Below are positions 1 through 13,600 of a DNA stretch of 64,000 bases, piece by piece. Made by a program: the position numbers and the translations under genes. Origin of the DNA: Lytechinus pictus. Taxonomy: Eukaryota. Below the pieces are notes generated by a model, which had not been told where the DNA came from, did not search any database, and was given only the letters and a program-made list of their open reading frames with translations. The stretch is taken from positions 14,572,001 through 14,636,000 of the forward strand of contig NC_087263.1 of the NCBI RefSeq assembly GCF_037042905.1, in the 5' to 3' direction. Each line of letters starts with the position of its first letter. Within the stretch, counting starts at the first letter, position 1.

Positions 1-378
1 AGTAAACACTGATTTCATGAGAAAGTCTGTAAAACCAGGCTTAATTGTCAGTATATCATCGAGGATCTAGATCTGGTACAGTTACATAAACTGACCTTTG
101 TGAAATCTTGAAATCTACGCTGAAAAATGTTCACACTGAAGATCACCAACACAGATGGGCACACGTGGGACAGTGTATTATTATTGCTGAAATAAAGACT
201 CGACGGAAGTGACCGAATCCGCGCTTATTTTGCTTATTTCTCAGCAATTACACAATTTCTTCCAGAATCCTTTGGCACATATTTTTTATTCATACAAACA
301 GACACTTGGGTGGTCATCATATCAGATTCTGTAAAAAGTCATTTTGAAATCGTTACCAAAACTGGAATTTATCTTTAA
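1..378 (+). mobile_element. Interspersed non-autonomous element ending ATCT|TTAA (left end outside the window)
   Basis: Colinear with the copy at 63334-63745. Confidence 0.75.
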
Positions 379-1389
379 AATCATTTAGGCCATCCACCTT
401 CACTTGTTTACAAACTCCCCCAATGTCATCTTAGAATCCCAAAACCCCCATTACATGTACCATTGAACTCGTAAACCCTGACCATAAAGGATCGACCCTC
501 AGTGACGTCACCTAACTTCAAGGAACAAAAGTTCTAAGAAGTACGACTCATACTACCAGCCCCAGTCACTTCGTAGAGCATCACCACATCCCTTATACCA
601 GAAAAAGTTTGATAATCAGTTACATGTAGACCAATCAGATCAAGTTTAGGTCACTCCCACCTTAAATTGTTACACCCCCAATACAAATGATATAAATAAG
701 AATTCTTGATTATAAGATGGACACATACAGAGTAGGGGCTCAGACACTCACATATTAGATTAGACACAGATGGACTATAGACCCAGAGACGAACATAGAC
801 TTTAAAGTTTAGACATCAAATATCACGTTTGGAATATCTTACTGTGTAATGTTCTAAATAATTGTACGAATACCATGTTCAAATCTGTGACTATGCTGTC
901 ATCCTGATTAGAATAAGAATGAATTTAATATCTAGTCGTAATGACGTCATAGCGATCATACATGTAGAATTGGCTACGATTTGAACTACATGTAATTTGG
1001 ACTTTACTGCAAAATAAAGGCTTGAATCATCCAAAATTGTGAGGTCTAGTGGTTCAGACTCTTTACGATCAATCAGAAGGTTGTGGGTTCCAATCCCAGT
1101 ATTGGCTTTATTCCTTCAGCAAGAAATTCATCCACACTGTGCTTTACTCAACTTAGTGGGTTGTATAAAGGCTTGCTGGACTAAAATAAGATTCAGATTC
1201 AGAAGGACTTATCGGTCCATTAATAGCATTGTTTCTTGGTATTGTATACAAAATGACATAGCTGTACAAAGGAAATTTGTGTAGCAGTCATAAATAAGTG
1301 TGAAGCAAATTGCACTGCAGTACCAGGAAATTATTCCCTTATAAACTGATATTAAGCAGGATAAGTGTAAAAAAACCCAGGAAACATAC

Positions 1390-1525
1390 GTGTCTGCCGA
1401 GTGATTGTGGATGGTTCCCCATATGTTGCAAGGATGCGACTTGAAACAGTAACCAGATAGTAGGTGAGGGTATTTAAACCAGGGAGATTGACCGACGTGA
1501 CACCATCCAAGGAATGAGGTGAACT
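1390..1525 (-). CDS. Exon, FN3 domain 37, C-terminal part
   Basis: TTTCAG|AGT...ACA C|GTATG; 136 nt; [12 protein letters not shown]. Confidence 0.86.
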
Positions 1526-4500
1526 CTGAAACAAAACAAAGAGAAATCCAATATGTAATAATTAAAAAAACCAGAGTGATGAAAGTTTGAAAAATGTAGA
1601 CAAGGAATAAGATGGCAGACTTGTAAACCTTTCTGAGTGAAAAATATGATTTTGCTCAAAAATAGAAAAAATAAATAAATTTCTTATAGTAGAGCACAGT
1701 AAAACTGAATGTATCACAAGTAAAAAAAAAAAATATTTACAGAAGTGCTCTGATTGATAGAACTTAATGGATAAAGACGTCAAAGGTACCTGTTATCCAG
1801 CCATGTTATCTAATTTTGAAATCCCTCACTTGGACCTGCTAGAAAAGGCTCTACTATACCACATACTCAAAGATTGGATTGGATTATTATTTGCTTGGTG
1901 TCACCTTTGTTTAGGAGGTGAAAAGCGAACTGAATCAGTAAGACATGCAGGTCTCTCCTCCCAATATAACTGATTGGGAGGGGGGAGGGGGGGGGGTGCA
2001 GGTGGACCACTACACCTGGGGTTCCCCTACTGTTATACGAATAGAACAGTGGGTTATTAACGGGGCCTCCATTTAAATTGACAATCCGTCCACTGCCAAC
2101 TCATCCACTCACCACATGGTCTACCTACATTTAGTCTAATGCCATTCCATCCATCAACATTTCATCTAACAACCATTTGGTCCAATCATCACTTCGTCTA
2201 ATCACCAGTTCTTCTATGACCATTTCGTCGCCTAACCAGTTGGTCTAATACTTATGTTATTTTCATTCATTTTGCACAATTACCACTTAGTCTAATTAGA
2301 CCAAATGATATATGGACTAAATGGCTATTGGACCAACTGGTAATTAGACAAAATGGTGAACGGACGAAATGGCAATTACATGCAGACCATGGACAAACTG
2401 ATGGTAGACAAAAGGATATTAGACGAGTTGGCAATTGGGCGAATTGGCATTGAACCGAATGGAAATAAACCCTAGGGACGGAGTGTTTTCCACTCTAACA
2501 TAGCCTGCATCTATAGAACAGGGGAGGGACAGGCTTACACGTTATGAGAATGTACTACACCACTCACCAGAGTGCCTCTTGGGTAATGACAGACCCTATA
2601 TCCATCATAGTTGCCTGTAGAGGGCACACTCCACGTTACATCGAGTGCATTTTTAAACTCCGTGACATCTAGGCCATTCACAACTTCAGGCACTGTAAAA
2701 ATGAAACGGAAAAGGAGAATGAAAATCCATAATTTATTGTTTGAAATTCAAATCTGAAATAGAAATACTTCAAAAATAAATATAATCTGTAAGATAAGAA
2801 CGGATTATGATGTCAGGACCTGTAAATTAACTGCGGATTAGAATTCTCCATTCAATAGTTACAAATACATCAAGGTATCGGTGATTGGGATTGAGCAATG
2901 CACTTAAATTTGCTCTAAACTTCGGCAATATGTTATAAAGTGCTTGATTATGCTGATAAAAATCACCCAAGTCACTGAATGAGCATCTTGATATAATGTT
3001 CATTAATTTGATTTACTAGGAACTACAACTCACAAGTTTTCATAAACTTTTCAGCAGTTTCTGTTTTTCTCTTATAAATGTACATGTCATTTTCATTCTC
3101 GTAGATACGTTATATATTGTATTCATGCTAAGAAAATTAACTGAACTGAACTAAACTATTCTGTGGCATTTTCCACTTTTTTCACTCTTACATGTCATTT
3201 TCATTCTAGTAGATACTGTATATATTATATTTATGCTGAGAAAATGAACTGAACTGAACTATTCTGTGGAATTGTCCACTTACATGTAAGTTGGATGTGT
3301 GTCTCAAGGGCAGAGGTCTGTCCTTGCTGTTGAACTGTAATGGTGTAGGCAGTTCCAGGAACCAGACCGGTCAGGTCCAGGACCCGTTGCTCTCCCCTTG
3401 CAATCAGTGTTGGAGTGGTCCCACCGGGTGTGTAGGAGGCCAGGTAATTTGAGAAGGATCCCGTTCCTTCCTGCCACGACACGGTCATGGAGTCTGTACC
3501 CAGCTCGACCACGCTTATTTCCAGCGGTGCGGCAGCAACTGTGAGAGAAACACAAGTGATGGGGTATTGCAAGAAAATATTGGCAAGTGTCAACTTTTCT
3601 TTGAATTTCCTGGGTGTATGTAAGCTTCTGGCCTCAACTGTACCTGAAAAACTAAAAAAGTGCCCCTGATATTGCCAAAGGGTCAGATTTAAACTGTACA
3701 CAATGAAGCAAATGTTTGCTTGTGAGCTGAAAAAATAGCACCAGAATGTTTTTTTTATTTAATCAATTATAGTTTGTCTACTACCCAGTTAGTCTAATTG
3801 CTCATCAAACAGTTTGTAAGAATTCCAGTAAGGAATAGGTCTAACTCCATTTAACACCATCTTTTATAAGCCCCTGCAATCTTTGCATAAGATTGACTCG
3901 GAGCAAGAGTCATTAGATTGACTCGGAGCAAGAGTTGTCCATGAAAAATCACTGAAAATATGCTTTACGAAACACTGGTCAGATATTTGAACACGGAAGG
4001 AAAAGGTTTGTTGCTTACCCGTGCTGGTTGAAATCATCAATGGCTCACTGATATCCAAGCCACTGTACCACTCAATCTCAACATCGTACAATGTGTCAGG
4101 TTCCAGGTTCTTGACCCACAGCTCCGGGCATGCAGACTTCGCGACCGTGATGCGTTGTGCGACCGGACTCGAGAAGTCGGTCAAGCCACCTACGCGTACT
4201 CGGGCGTAGTACCCGTCGTATCTCTGGGGATCTTCGAACGGCGGAGTTATTGTAAGGTGGATCATGGAGGCTGACTGATCAGTCACCATCGCAGATAGTC
4301 CGTTTGGTTCATGCACTAGATTAGAAGAAATAATCGTAAAAACAGGAAAAATTATGATACAATACTCTCTTTAACAGGGTTCCCACAGAAATTTGAAAAC
4401 AGAATTCCATGACTTATCCATGACTTTTCCATGACTAAATTGCTGCTTTCCATGACTTCCTTTCTTGCACGGTTTCCAAAATCAGACACGTTATGATGGC

Positions 4501-7500
4501 CTACACCTGAGAGTTGCAAGACACGGCAAACTGCAAAGCTGCCATAGCCAAGCAATTTCATGACTTTTCCATGACCACAAATTTTTCCAAGATTTCCATG
4601 ACTGCGGGAATCCTGTTTAAGAATGGCAAATAATTCAGTCCTCTGATTGGTCAAAAGTGGTGTCATGTATTGAACCATGGCTGCAAAGTGATAGATTAAA
4701 GTGGTTAGACAGGGAAACAGGCATTTTGTCGACCGCACCGCTACCTGACTTTTTACTTTGAAGTCTTGCACATCTTTTGAGACCAAATTTACAATGCCTA
4801 GGTACATGTATGCAGTTGGAAAATCACGCAACATTGCGTAAGGGCATGTCAGACCCAAAATTGCTCCAAAATGTGATTTTGTGTACAAAGTCAATTTTCA
4901 CATCTTATTCATAAAGATGTGATTATTTTTTTACTTTCATCAGCTGAAAGTAATCAATTCTAGCATAATTATGCTTCAAAAAGGTTCTTCTATAAATTTG
5001 GCAAAAAACAAAGAAAAACAAAAGATTAAAAACCAAAAAATACATAAGAAATTTATAAAACAATAAAATACATAAGAAATTCATTCTCAAACCTGGATTT
5101 GTAATTGTTATCAGTGGTATGAAAAATATTAAAACCCAATATTATTAGCTTTCTATAAGCTCTTTATAGTGAATTAGAGCAAAAAAGTAGGATTTAAAAA
5201 TAAATTAGCATAATTAATTCATTAAAAAAAAAATTAACCATGCACCCTTGTAGATTACATCCCACACTATTATCAAGCCAATATTTACGGCGTTCGCACA
5301 AGCAGCGGCTGAGATCTCAAAGGGGGGGGGGGGTTGATTCAACCTCCCCCCCTGGTCACATAACACCCCAAAAGCCCGGTCTGGTAAGGGTTAAATTTCT
5401 CTGACTTTCCTATTTGATTATGTGCAAAAAGCTGCTTTGTGCAGTGATCACATGTACATACAGTGTAATATCAGTATGACTTTATCAATAATTTTTGACA
5501 TCTTGTGCAATCGCGCACTTCAGCTGTAAAATAGATGGCATATTGATAGAACAGTATGGATCTTAGTATGGCTGTTATTTACCCAGGGTAGCCAATACAG
5601 CTTACATGTAGTTTGATCTTCCGACCGGGTCTGAAAAAATCCTTTTTTAATACCCTTCTCTATTCTTAAATACATTGAGCACCTGAAAAGAAGGCAGAAG
5701 ATCCCATTTTTCCTTAAGTCTTGGTATGACCCGGCCGATGATTAAATTGAATAAGTTTAATTTACTGCAATCAAGACATCTACATCTATTTCAACAGCAC
5801 AGTGATAAGGCAGCTCATGCTAAAGCCAGGGTAATAGTATTGTGCAACATGTGATAGATATATTTCTAGATACATGTAGATGGCATTATATCCTGTACAA
5901 AAAAATTAGAGAGCCTTATTTAAAGAACAAAGAAATTTGACTGAAATCAATTAATATGATGTACAAAATAGTATTCAATAATGCTTTAAAAGGTACTTCT
6001 TATTTCTTTCTGTATGTCTACATTTTTGTGGCAATAATTTCTGGTAAAATAAAACTAATTTAAAAGAAAACCTTGGAGGCACTTACAAGTAGATGCTGTC
6101 TCCATGTCCGTGGCAACGGGTACCCCTGCATCGATGCCCGCTACAGTAACAGTATACTCTGTTCCAGGAGAAAGGCCAGTGATAACGACCCTCCTAGGAT
6201 CATTCCCATCAACAGTTTCAAAGAGAGTCCCATCGTAGGAGACCTGGTACTCGTCGACAGCCAGCCGTTCACCCCACAAGACCTCTAGAGATGTGGTTGT
6301 CCTCTCTCCAATAACAACGATAAGGTTATCGACGTCTGTGAACAAAAAAAAAGTGTGTGTTTACCCTTGAGGTGCCAAGATTCCCAAACAATGATATGCG
6401 TAAGAGCACCGATACAGTTTTGGTGTTCCACACTTTTCCTTTCAGAATTGCTACTGTTTTTCCCGAAAGAGGGCACCAAATAATGCCACAGAGGACACTG
6501 CAATCCCAAACGTGCAAGGAACTTTACCATTGAATGCACAGAGATTGTTGTGCCTGCTGTGATGAACAAAATAATGCTTTACAACCAACAATATTTGATG
6601 AAGACTTACTTGCAAGAAAATATTTGTAATCAACTGAAAATAATCTGTTGCAATTTTACGTTTGATAGATCAATTTCAGCTGCAGCAAATCAGATTACAG
6701 TCCTTGTTTCGAGAAGCAGATTAGCAATCAATTTTCTGTATATTATATTTTTGTGTTTTGCTATACATTGTAACTTTTGTTAAATTTTGGAATGAAAAAG
6801 AATAAATGCAATCAATCAATCAAAAAAAAAAAAAAAAAAAAATCAATCACAAATTTGCAATAAATTGCAAGACTAGATATATGATTGATTTAGTGACCGA
6901 AAATAGAGCTTGCAATGAATCACAAATTTCTTGCAACACCTGAAGGACAAGAAAATTGAGAAAAACAAGCAAAAGCTGCTTCCACAATTTAATCTGACCA
7001 ATTTAAGGCTTAAATTTGTATGAAAATATCGTTAGAAAGCCGATTCAGAAATAACATAATATCAGAATTACCTCAGTAAAACTGTAAAATTCTTTGCTTG
7101 AAGCACATACTCCTTTGAAATTGTTAGTATAGAGCTTTTCATTTATAATCTTTTCGATCCATGAACAAGAATATTCCTTAATAGGATTGTGGGATGAAGT
7201 AAAGTAAAATAGAGTAAAGTTTACCTATTTGGTCTGTGGCAGTAAGGGGTGGGTCCGTCATCTCTTCATCTCGAACACTGACTAAATCAAATTCATATAC
7301 CGTATCAGCCAAGGCATTCATAATGCTCAGACTTGTGGCGGTCTTGGACAGTCTGACAGGAGATGACGGGGAGCCGACGTTGGGGGTGTACGACACCTCA
7401 AAGAAGTCGAAGGCTGATCTTTCGGGAAGATCCCAGCCCAAGACAATGACATGGTCTGCGGCCTGGGTGGTGGTGACTTCGAAGTTACTGGCCACGGGGA

Positions 7501-10500
7501 TTGTGGTGTCAGCAACTACAAGAAAAAAGTTCCGCAGATAAAATTATCAAGAAAACAAAACTACCATGGGCTGTCTCAACATATTTTAACCTGGGCTCCA
7601 TCTTACAAAGAGTTGTGATGCTAGTGGCGATGCATGCATATTTAGAAAAAGCACATGGTGCAACCGCTTCATCCTGTTGTATATTGTAAATATATAAATG
7701 ATATAAAGTACACTCACAACTGTGCATTATTTACTTTATTATTTGTGAAAAATGTCAGATATCTGTGCTGTGTTTTTTAGCAGGAATCCTGCTATAAAGG
7801 TACAGTAGTGGATTGTATTACCGAACACTTTTCATGAATTCAATCACATCAAACACATCATTCACATGAAATTCACGAAACTTTAATCATAAATACCCAA
7901 ATACCTACAAAATATAAATATGTACAAAAATTTGTTGAAATTGTTTTTCCTTTTTACGATATCAGCTTCCAATGGGACCCCTCTACACATGTGAAATATT
8001 TTGCGTCACTTAAACAAGGTATCGTATTATCGAACGTGCGTTTTCTAAGGGAAAAATTGGGAAAGCAACAAAATCACTGATGAGCTACTTTGACCATATT
8101 TTGTTGTTTTGAGAAGATACAGACTTTGAGAATGTGTTTTTGACCATTTTTCATGATCCTTCTATTCAAGTTCCCTTTGGAAGGATGTTGCAAAGATTTG
8201 AGCATATGGAATTATTTTCTGACGCTTATGATGCGCACGGTCGGTAATAAATCTCACTATACTTTGTGTCTTTTCATAGCGCCTTTCCTGCATTCCCCCT
8301 TGTTTTGTCAATGAGAGAATTGGTAACGACAGGCAGCTTGCAGGATTCCCATGCAAAGGACTTGTCTCTGATTTTGACAAAGCACCTAATGTCTGGACCA
8401 GGGCCCCGTCTAACAAAGAGTACGATTGATCCAATCAATCATAACTCTATGGAAATCCATCCATACCATATTTTTTCTACAGGAAATTTGCACAATGTTC
8501 TTTGTAAACAAAGAGAAGCACAGTTAATTTTCAAGAAAACAATGAATGCATGAATATCATCATACATGTAGTTGGAAAATGTTTTGAACAAATTTACATT
8601 TCAGATGTTGATGTTGCTGGCCGTCCATAGTTCTGATTGATCGGATCAATCACAACTCTTTGTAAGACGGGGCCCTGGTTGCAGATCCAGCAATGAGCAA
8701 AACAAATAATCCCACTAAAATCTTCAATACTACTACTACTACTACTACTACTAACACCAATCAGATCAAAATGTATACAGTAACCTTGGGCATGTCTTAC
8801 AAAGAATTGCGATTAATCCCATCAATCGCAACTATGGAAGGCCAGCAACATCAACATCTACATGTAAATACATGTTTGTTCAAAATACTTTCTAGAAATG
8901 ATGAATATTCACATATTCAGTGTTTTGAAAATTCAGTATGCTTCTATTCGTTCTCAAAGGGCATTGAGCAAATTTCCTAAAGAAAAATTTATGACAGTGA
9001 TGGATTTCCATGTACTGGAGATTGATTGGATCAATCGTAACTCTTTGTAAGACTGGGCCCACTTGGTGACTCACTTGTTGTGGCAAAGACTGTTTGCTTT
9101 TCGCTCCCGACTTCGGGGCTTCCTGTGACCGCAGCAATGCTGATGATGTATATGGTGTCTGGATCAAGTCCCGTCAGGGTGTATTGGTTGGTGGTTCTGC
9201 CTCCAGGGACGGCAATGGGCGAGGCAGACTCTTCAGCGGGCGAATAGCATATCTTACAACCAAGGATTGACAGAATATAGAGAAGGGTTAGGTGCATGGG
9301 CCTACCAGGGGTCATGATAGTTATTAACTGAGAAATGTGAGAAATTTCTTTACAGACGAATGAGGAAACCTGGGAATAGACTTAGGGGTGTTGCAAGAAA
9401 ATATTTGCAATCAATTGCATATATTTTGTGGCAATTTTACAATTCATTGATCAATTCTAGCTGTAGCAAATCAGATTACACTCCTTGTTTCATGGAGCAG
9501 ATTAGCAATCAGTTGCAAATTTGTAAGTAATTGCAATACCTATGATTGATTTAGAGACTGATAATAGACTTGCAATTGATCGCAAGTTTCTTGCAATGCC
9601 CCATTAGTAATGATTTAGTTCATACACTCAGTGTCCATAGCTTCGAGAATAGACTGGATAAAAATTGGAGATGTCAACCAGTGAGATACAAGTTTGATGC
9701 TGACCCAGCCAACCAAAAGACGAGACGGAATTTGGATATGAATACAGAGGCTTAAGCCTGCGTTCAAAAGCATCCATAAGTAAAAAGTATGTGTATTTGT
9801 GTGAAGATATTGATAGTGTGTCCCGTTAACATGCACTTTATGAAACAACAAGACACTTCAGAGGAGCCTTTCTCACAAAGCCTGGAGATCATATATGTTA
9901 TTTGTCGCTTGCAATATGTAATCACGTGTAGAAATCATTCATATGATCAAGCACTAAGATTCATATAACAGGGAATTGAAAGGACACCCTCCAACTAATA
10001 TTTCAATAACCATTTTCTTATCGCCCAAAGTAGAACATTACACCTTTGGTTAGGAAACTGGACATTTGTTAGGGAATATCACCAATTAATTTTTATGAGC
10101 TACTGAGATCCTAGAACTCCACAGGATATTGAAAAAGTGTTTATTTAAATCATTAACTATCCTCAACATAATCCTCATTATCTTCCTTATCAGAGTTAAT
10201 CATTGTCACTGTCATCATCATTTTCATCCTCATAATCACTACCATCATCACCATCAATATTATCATGATCGTCACTAACATTATCACCAACATCAATTTG
10301 GGATGATTGTACTCGTCATCATCATAATAGATATTACACCTTTATCATCAACATCCTCTTTCATCATTATCATCATACAATTATCCTCATTATCAGAGGC
10401 ATGGATGGTGTCCATCATCACTATCATTACCAACACCTCATCTTCATATCAGCATTATTACTCTCCTGTCCATCATGAACATCGATATGATCATCCTTTT

Positions 10501-10575
10501 CATATCTAGCAACATTACTGTCCACCATGAGGCCATCATCATCATCACCATCACCATCACCACCATCACCATCAC

Positions 10576-10623
<48 letters not shown>

Positions 10624-13600
10624 ACAATTGTCCTTATCACTACCATCATTCTCAGTCATCATCATCACCTTTATCACCATCATCATCATCACAATCATCA
10701 TCACAATCATCATCACCATAACCCACCTCGTATCTGGCAATATTACTATAAAATAATGAGGTCATCTTCATCAATATTATCATATCTATTTATCATCCTT
10801 ATCATAAAGATCACCATCACCATCACTGTCAGTTGTCATCATCATTATCATCTTCGTCATTACAAGCATCATCATTCTTCCTCCATAGCCAATGCCATTG
10901 GGTGATTTCAAGTTCAGTGTTGACCTTTTGGTGTTGGTGTTAGGTCAATTTTGACAGGAATATAACACCAAACATAAATGAAGATGGTCCTGAAAAGTCA
11001 CTAACTAGTTGTTGAGGTGTCAATAATGTGATCTGGGGCCCGTAACACAAAGCTTAGCAATGATCGTTGAACTTTTTTCTACGATTGATTGCATTGGCTA
11101 TACAGTACAATCAATCGTGAAAATCGAGCGTACGATTAATCGCCAACCTTTTGGTCACGGGACCCTGGATCAGTTTAACAAACTCAGAATAGGTTTTGGA
11201 GCTAAGGGAAGCAATCCAAATTGTGCTTCAACACCAAAACCAACACCGGACATAAAATCATCCATTGTCACCATCAGCATCACCATCATGATCCTCAACC
11301 TACCTCATATCTAGCAACATTATTATCAAATGAAGGAATCCATGAAAGCTGAATGCTGGTGTCCAAGACCTGCGTTGCCACTAAGGAACCGGGAGCAAGT
11401 GGACCTATGTGTATTAGAATTTTTTTTTTAGAGGAGTGAGAAAACGATTATCAAATTCTTTATCTTATGAACTCAAACATTCCCCCAAATTCTATCTTTT
11501 TAACATCTATATAAACTTTCCATTATTACTCCTTAAGGTAGTTTTATACTTTTGCCTCTTTCTTGATGATTAAGGCAGAAAAATAAACACTTGGGGTAAG
11601 AGAAAAGGGAAGAAAGAAAGGGAATATTAAAATGAGCATTGATCGCTTAATGAATGAAGGAGGTATTGCTTATACAATAATTTCAATTGTTTTAATTCAT
11701 TATTCTCAGATGGAAGTGGAAGGTTGTTCCTAAGCATTATTACTTTGACCAGTGTTAAAATGAAATTAAAAAAAATCAATAGATAACTAATTTATTGATT
11801 TCAAAGAGTTATAAATGACAATGTGATGGGATTGTGTAATACTAATACGGAAAAAAAAAATTACATTACATAAGTCATTGACAAACAAAATGAATAAAAA
11901 AGGACCCAACATGCAACCTTGGGGTAAAATGTTCTGATGGCTTCCGTCCCTCCCTGAGCCAGACTGACTGTTTACAGCATGCTTGGGCTTGAGTTGCTAA
12001 ATTCAGGCTTACACTGGATCAACACTTAACACAAATAAAAGAGGACCCAATATGCAACCTTGGGGTAAAAAAAAAAGAAAGAAGTGTTCTGATAGCTTCC
12101 GTCCCTCCCTGAGCCAGACTGACTGTTTACAGCATGCTCGGGCTTGAGTTGCTAAATTCAGGCTTATACTGGATCACTTTACATATTAAAATAAAAGAGG
12201 ACCAAATATGCAACCTTGGGGTAATACAAAGAAAACGTACGTGTTCTGATGTTTTCCGTCCCTCCCTGAGCCAGACTGACTGTGTAAAGTGTGCTTGGGC
12301 TTAGGTTGCTGAATTCATAGGCTTGCACCGGATCACTTGTCGCAGGGACATCAATATCTACTCCATCGATGGTCAGTGTGTATGTGGACAGACCATTAAA
12401 GGGTGACCAGAACACTGTGAAACCGGATGAGGTCAATTCGCCGAATGACAGCTGTCCTTGTTCAATTACCGCAGCTGTAAAAGATGTGAACATCATTGAT
12501 ATTTCAAGATGGCCCAAAAATAATAATCATGGTCAGGAAAAAGAAGAACATGCAACCGGGCAATCCCTAATCCCCTAAATGGGAAACTTCCAATGTACTA
12601 CCAGAAATACTAGTGACTTTTCACAATTGCAATGGGGACAGATTGTACAAGACTTGTAAATCTATTGAAAATTCCGGATTTTTTTCAGAAAATCTTCGGA
12701 GCCGACAAAAAAATGCAAATATATTGTTCCTCCAGAATCTAGGAAGATACTGCTATTTTGATTCACTGACTTTTGACAAAGACTGTTTTGTCATGAAGAG
12801 CTTTTTGACAATAGATTCTCAAAGTTCCAGAAAGCATTTGTTTAGTAGTTGCAAAAACTCACTGTTAAGAAGAACTACATCCATCATCACAATACTCCCT
12901 CTACTCCTACATGCACTTACACTTCTACTACTGCTACTACAACTGTTACAACTTTTATTACTTCAATCTACAAACGCCACTACTTTTAAACTTGTACCAC
13001 TGTACTGCTAATACTACTAATATTATCACCATTACTGAGACTACTCACTTCTATTACTACAAAAATTACTCCCGGTTCTACATTTACTATAAGTGACACG
13101 TATTCTAAATTTACATGTATTAATTCTAGCTGTGCTTTTACTCAAACATGTAAATGTAAAATGTTGTACTACACTTATAATATGTTAACAAACTCACGCG
13201 TTGTGAATGTTACAATTTCAGGTTCACTTGAGGAAGCACCGGACTCTGCAAGGAAAGTGACCTGGTAGTCGGTGTCAGGGATGAGACCGGAGAGCTCTAT
13301 TTCTGGACAGGCATCAGCTGGGACTTGGACGTCAATATTGATGGGCGTGCCAGCCCCTGCTGGAGAGGCTCGTAGCACGACCCTGAAACGCAAGAAGTTA
13401 TTTTTTCCACCAAGGAGCCTTGCGAGGAATCTCACGATGGACGGGAAGGGTCTGGAAAGAGTGAACTGTGGCCGTGATGGTGCTTTGAACGAAAAAAAAA
13501 AAGACAAAACGAAAGAATACTTTGAGTAAGTTTTGTAGGATTCCATGGCAAAGCACGAATAAGTACAGAGGCTACAGCATTTATTCTACTGTGGGTAACT

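Noticed and set aside
10303..10756. Poly-D, poly-M, poly-I and poly-S ORFs
   Set aside because: Translations of the (CAT)n microsatellite.
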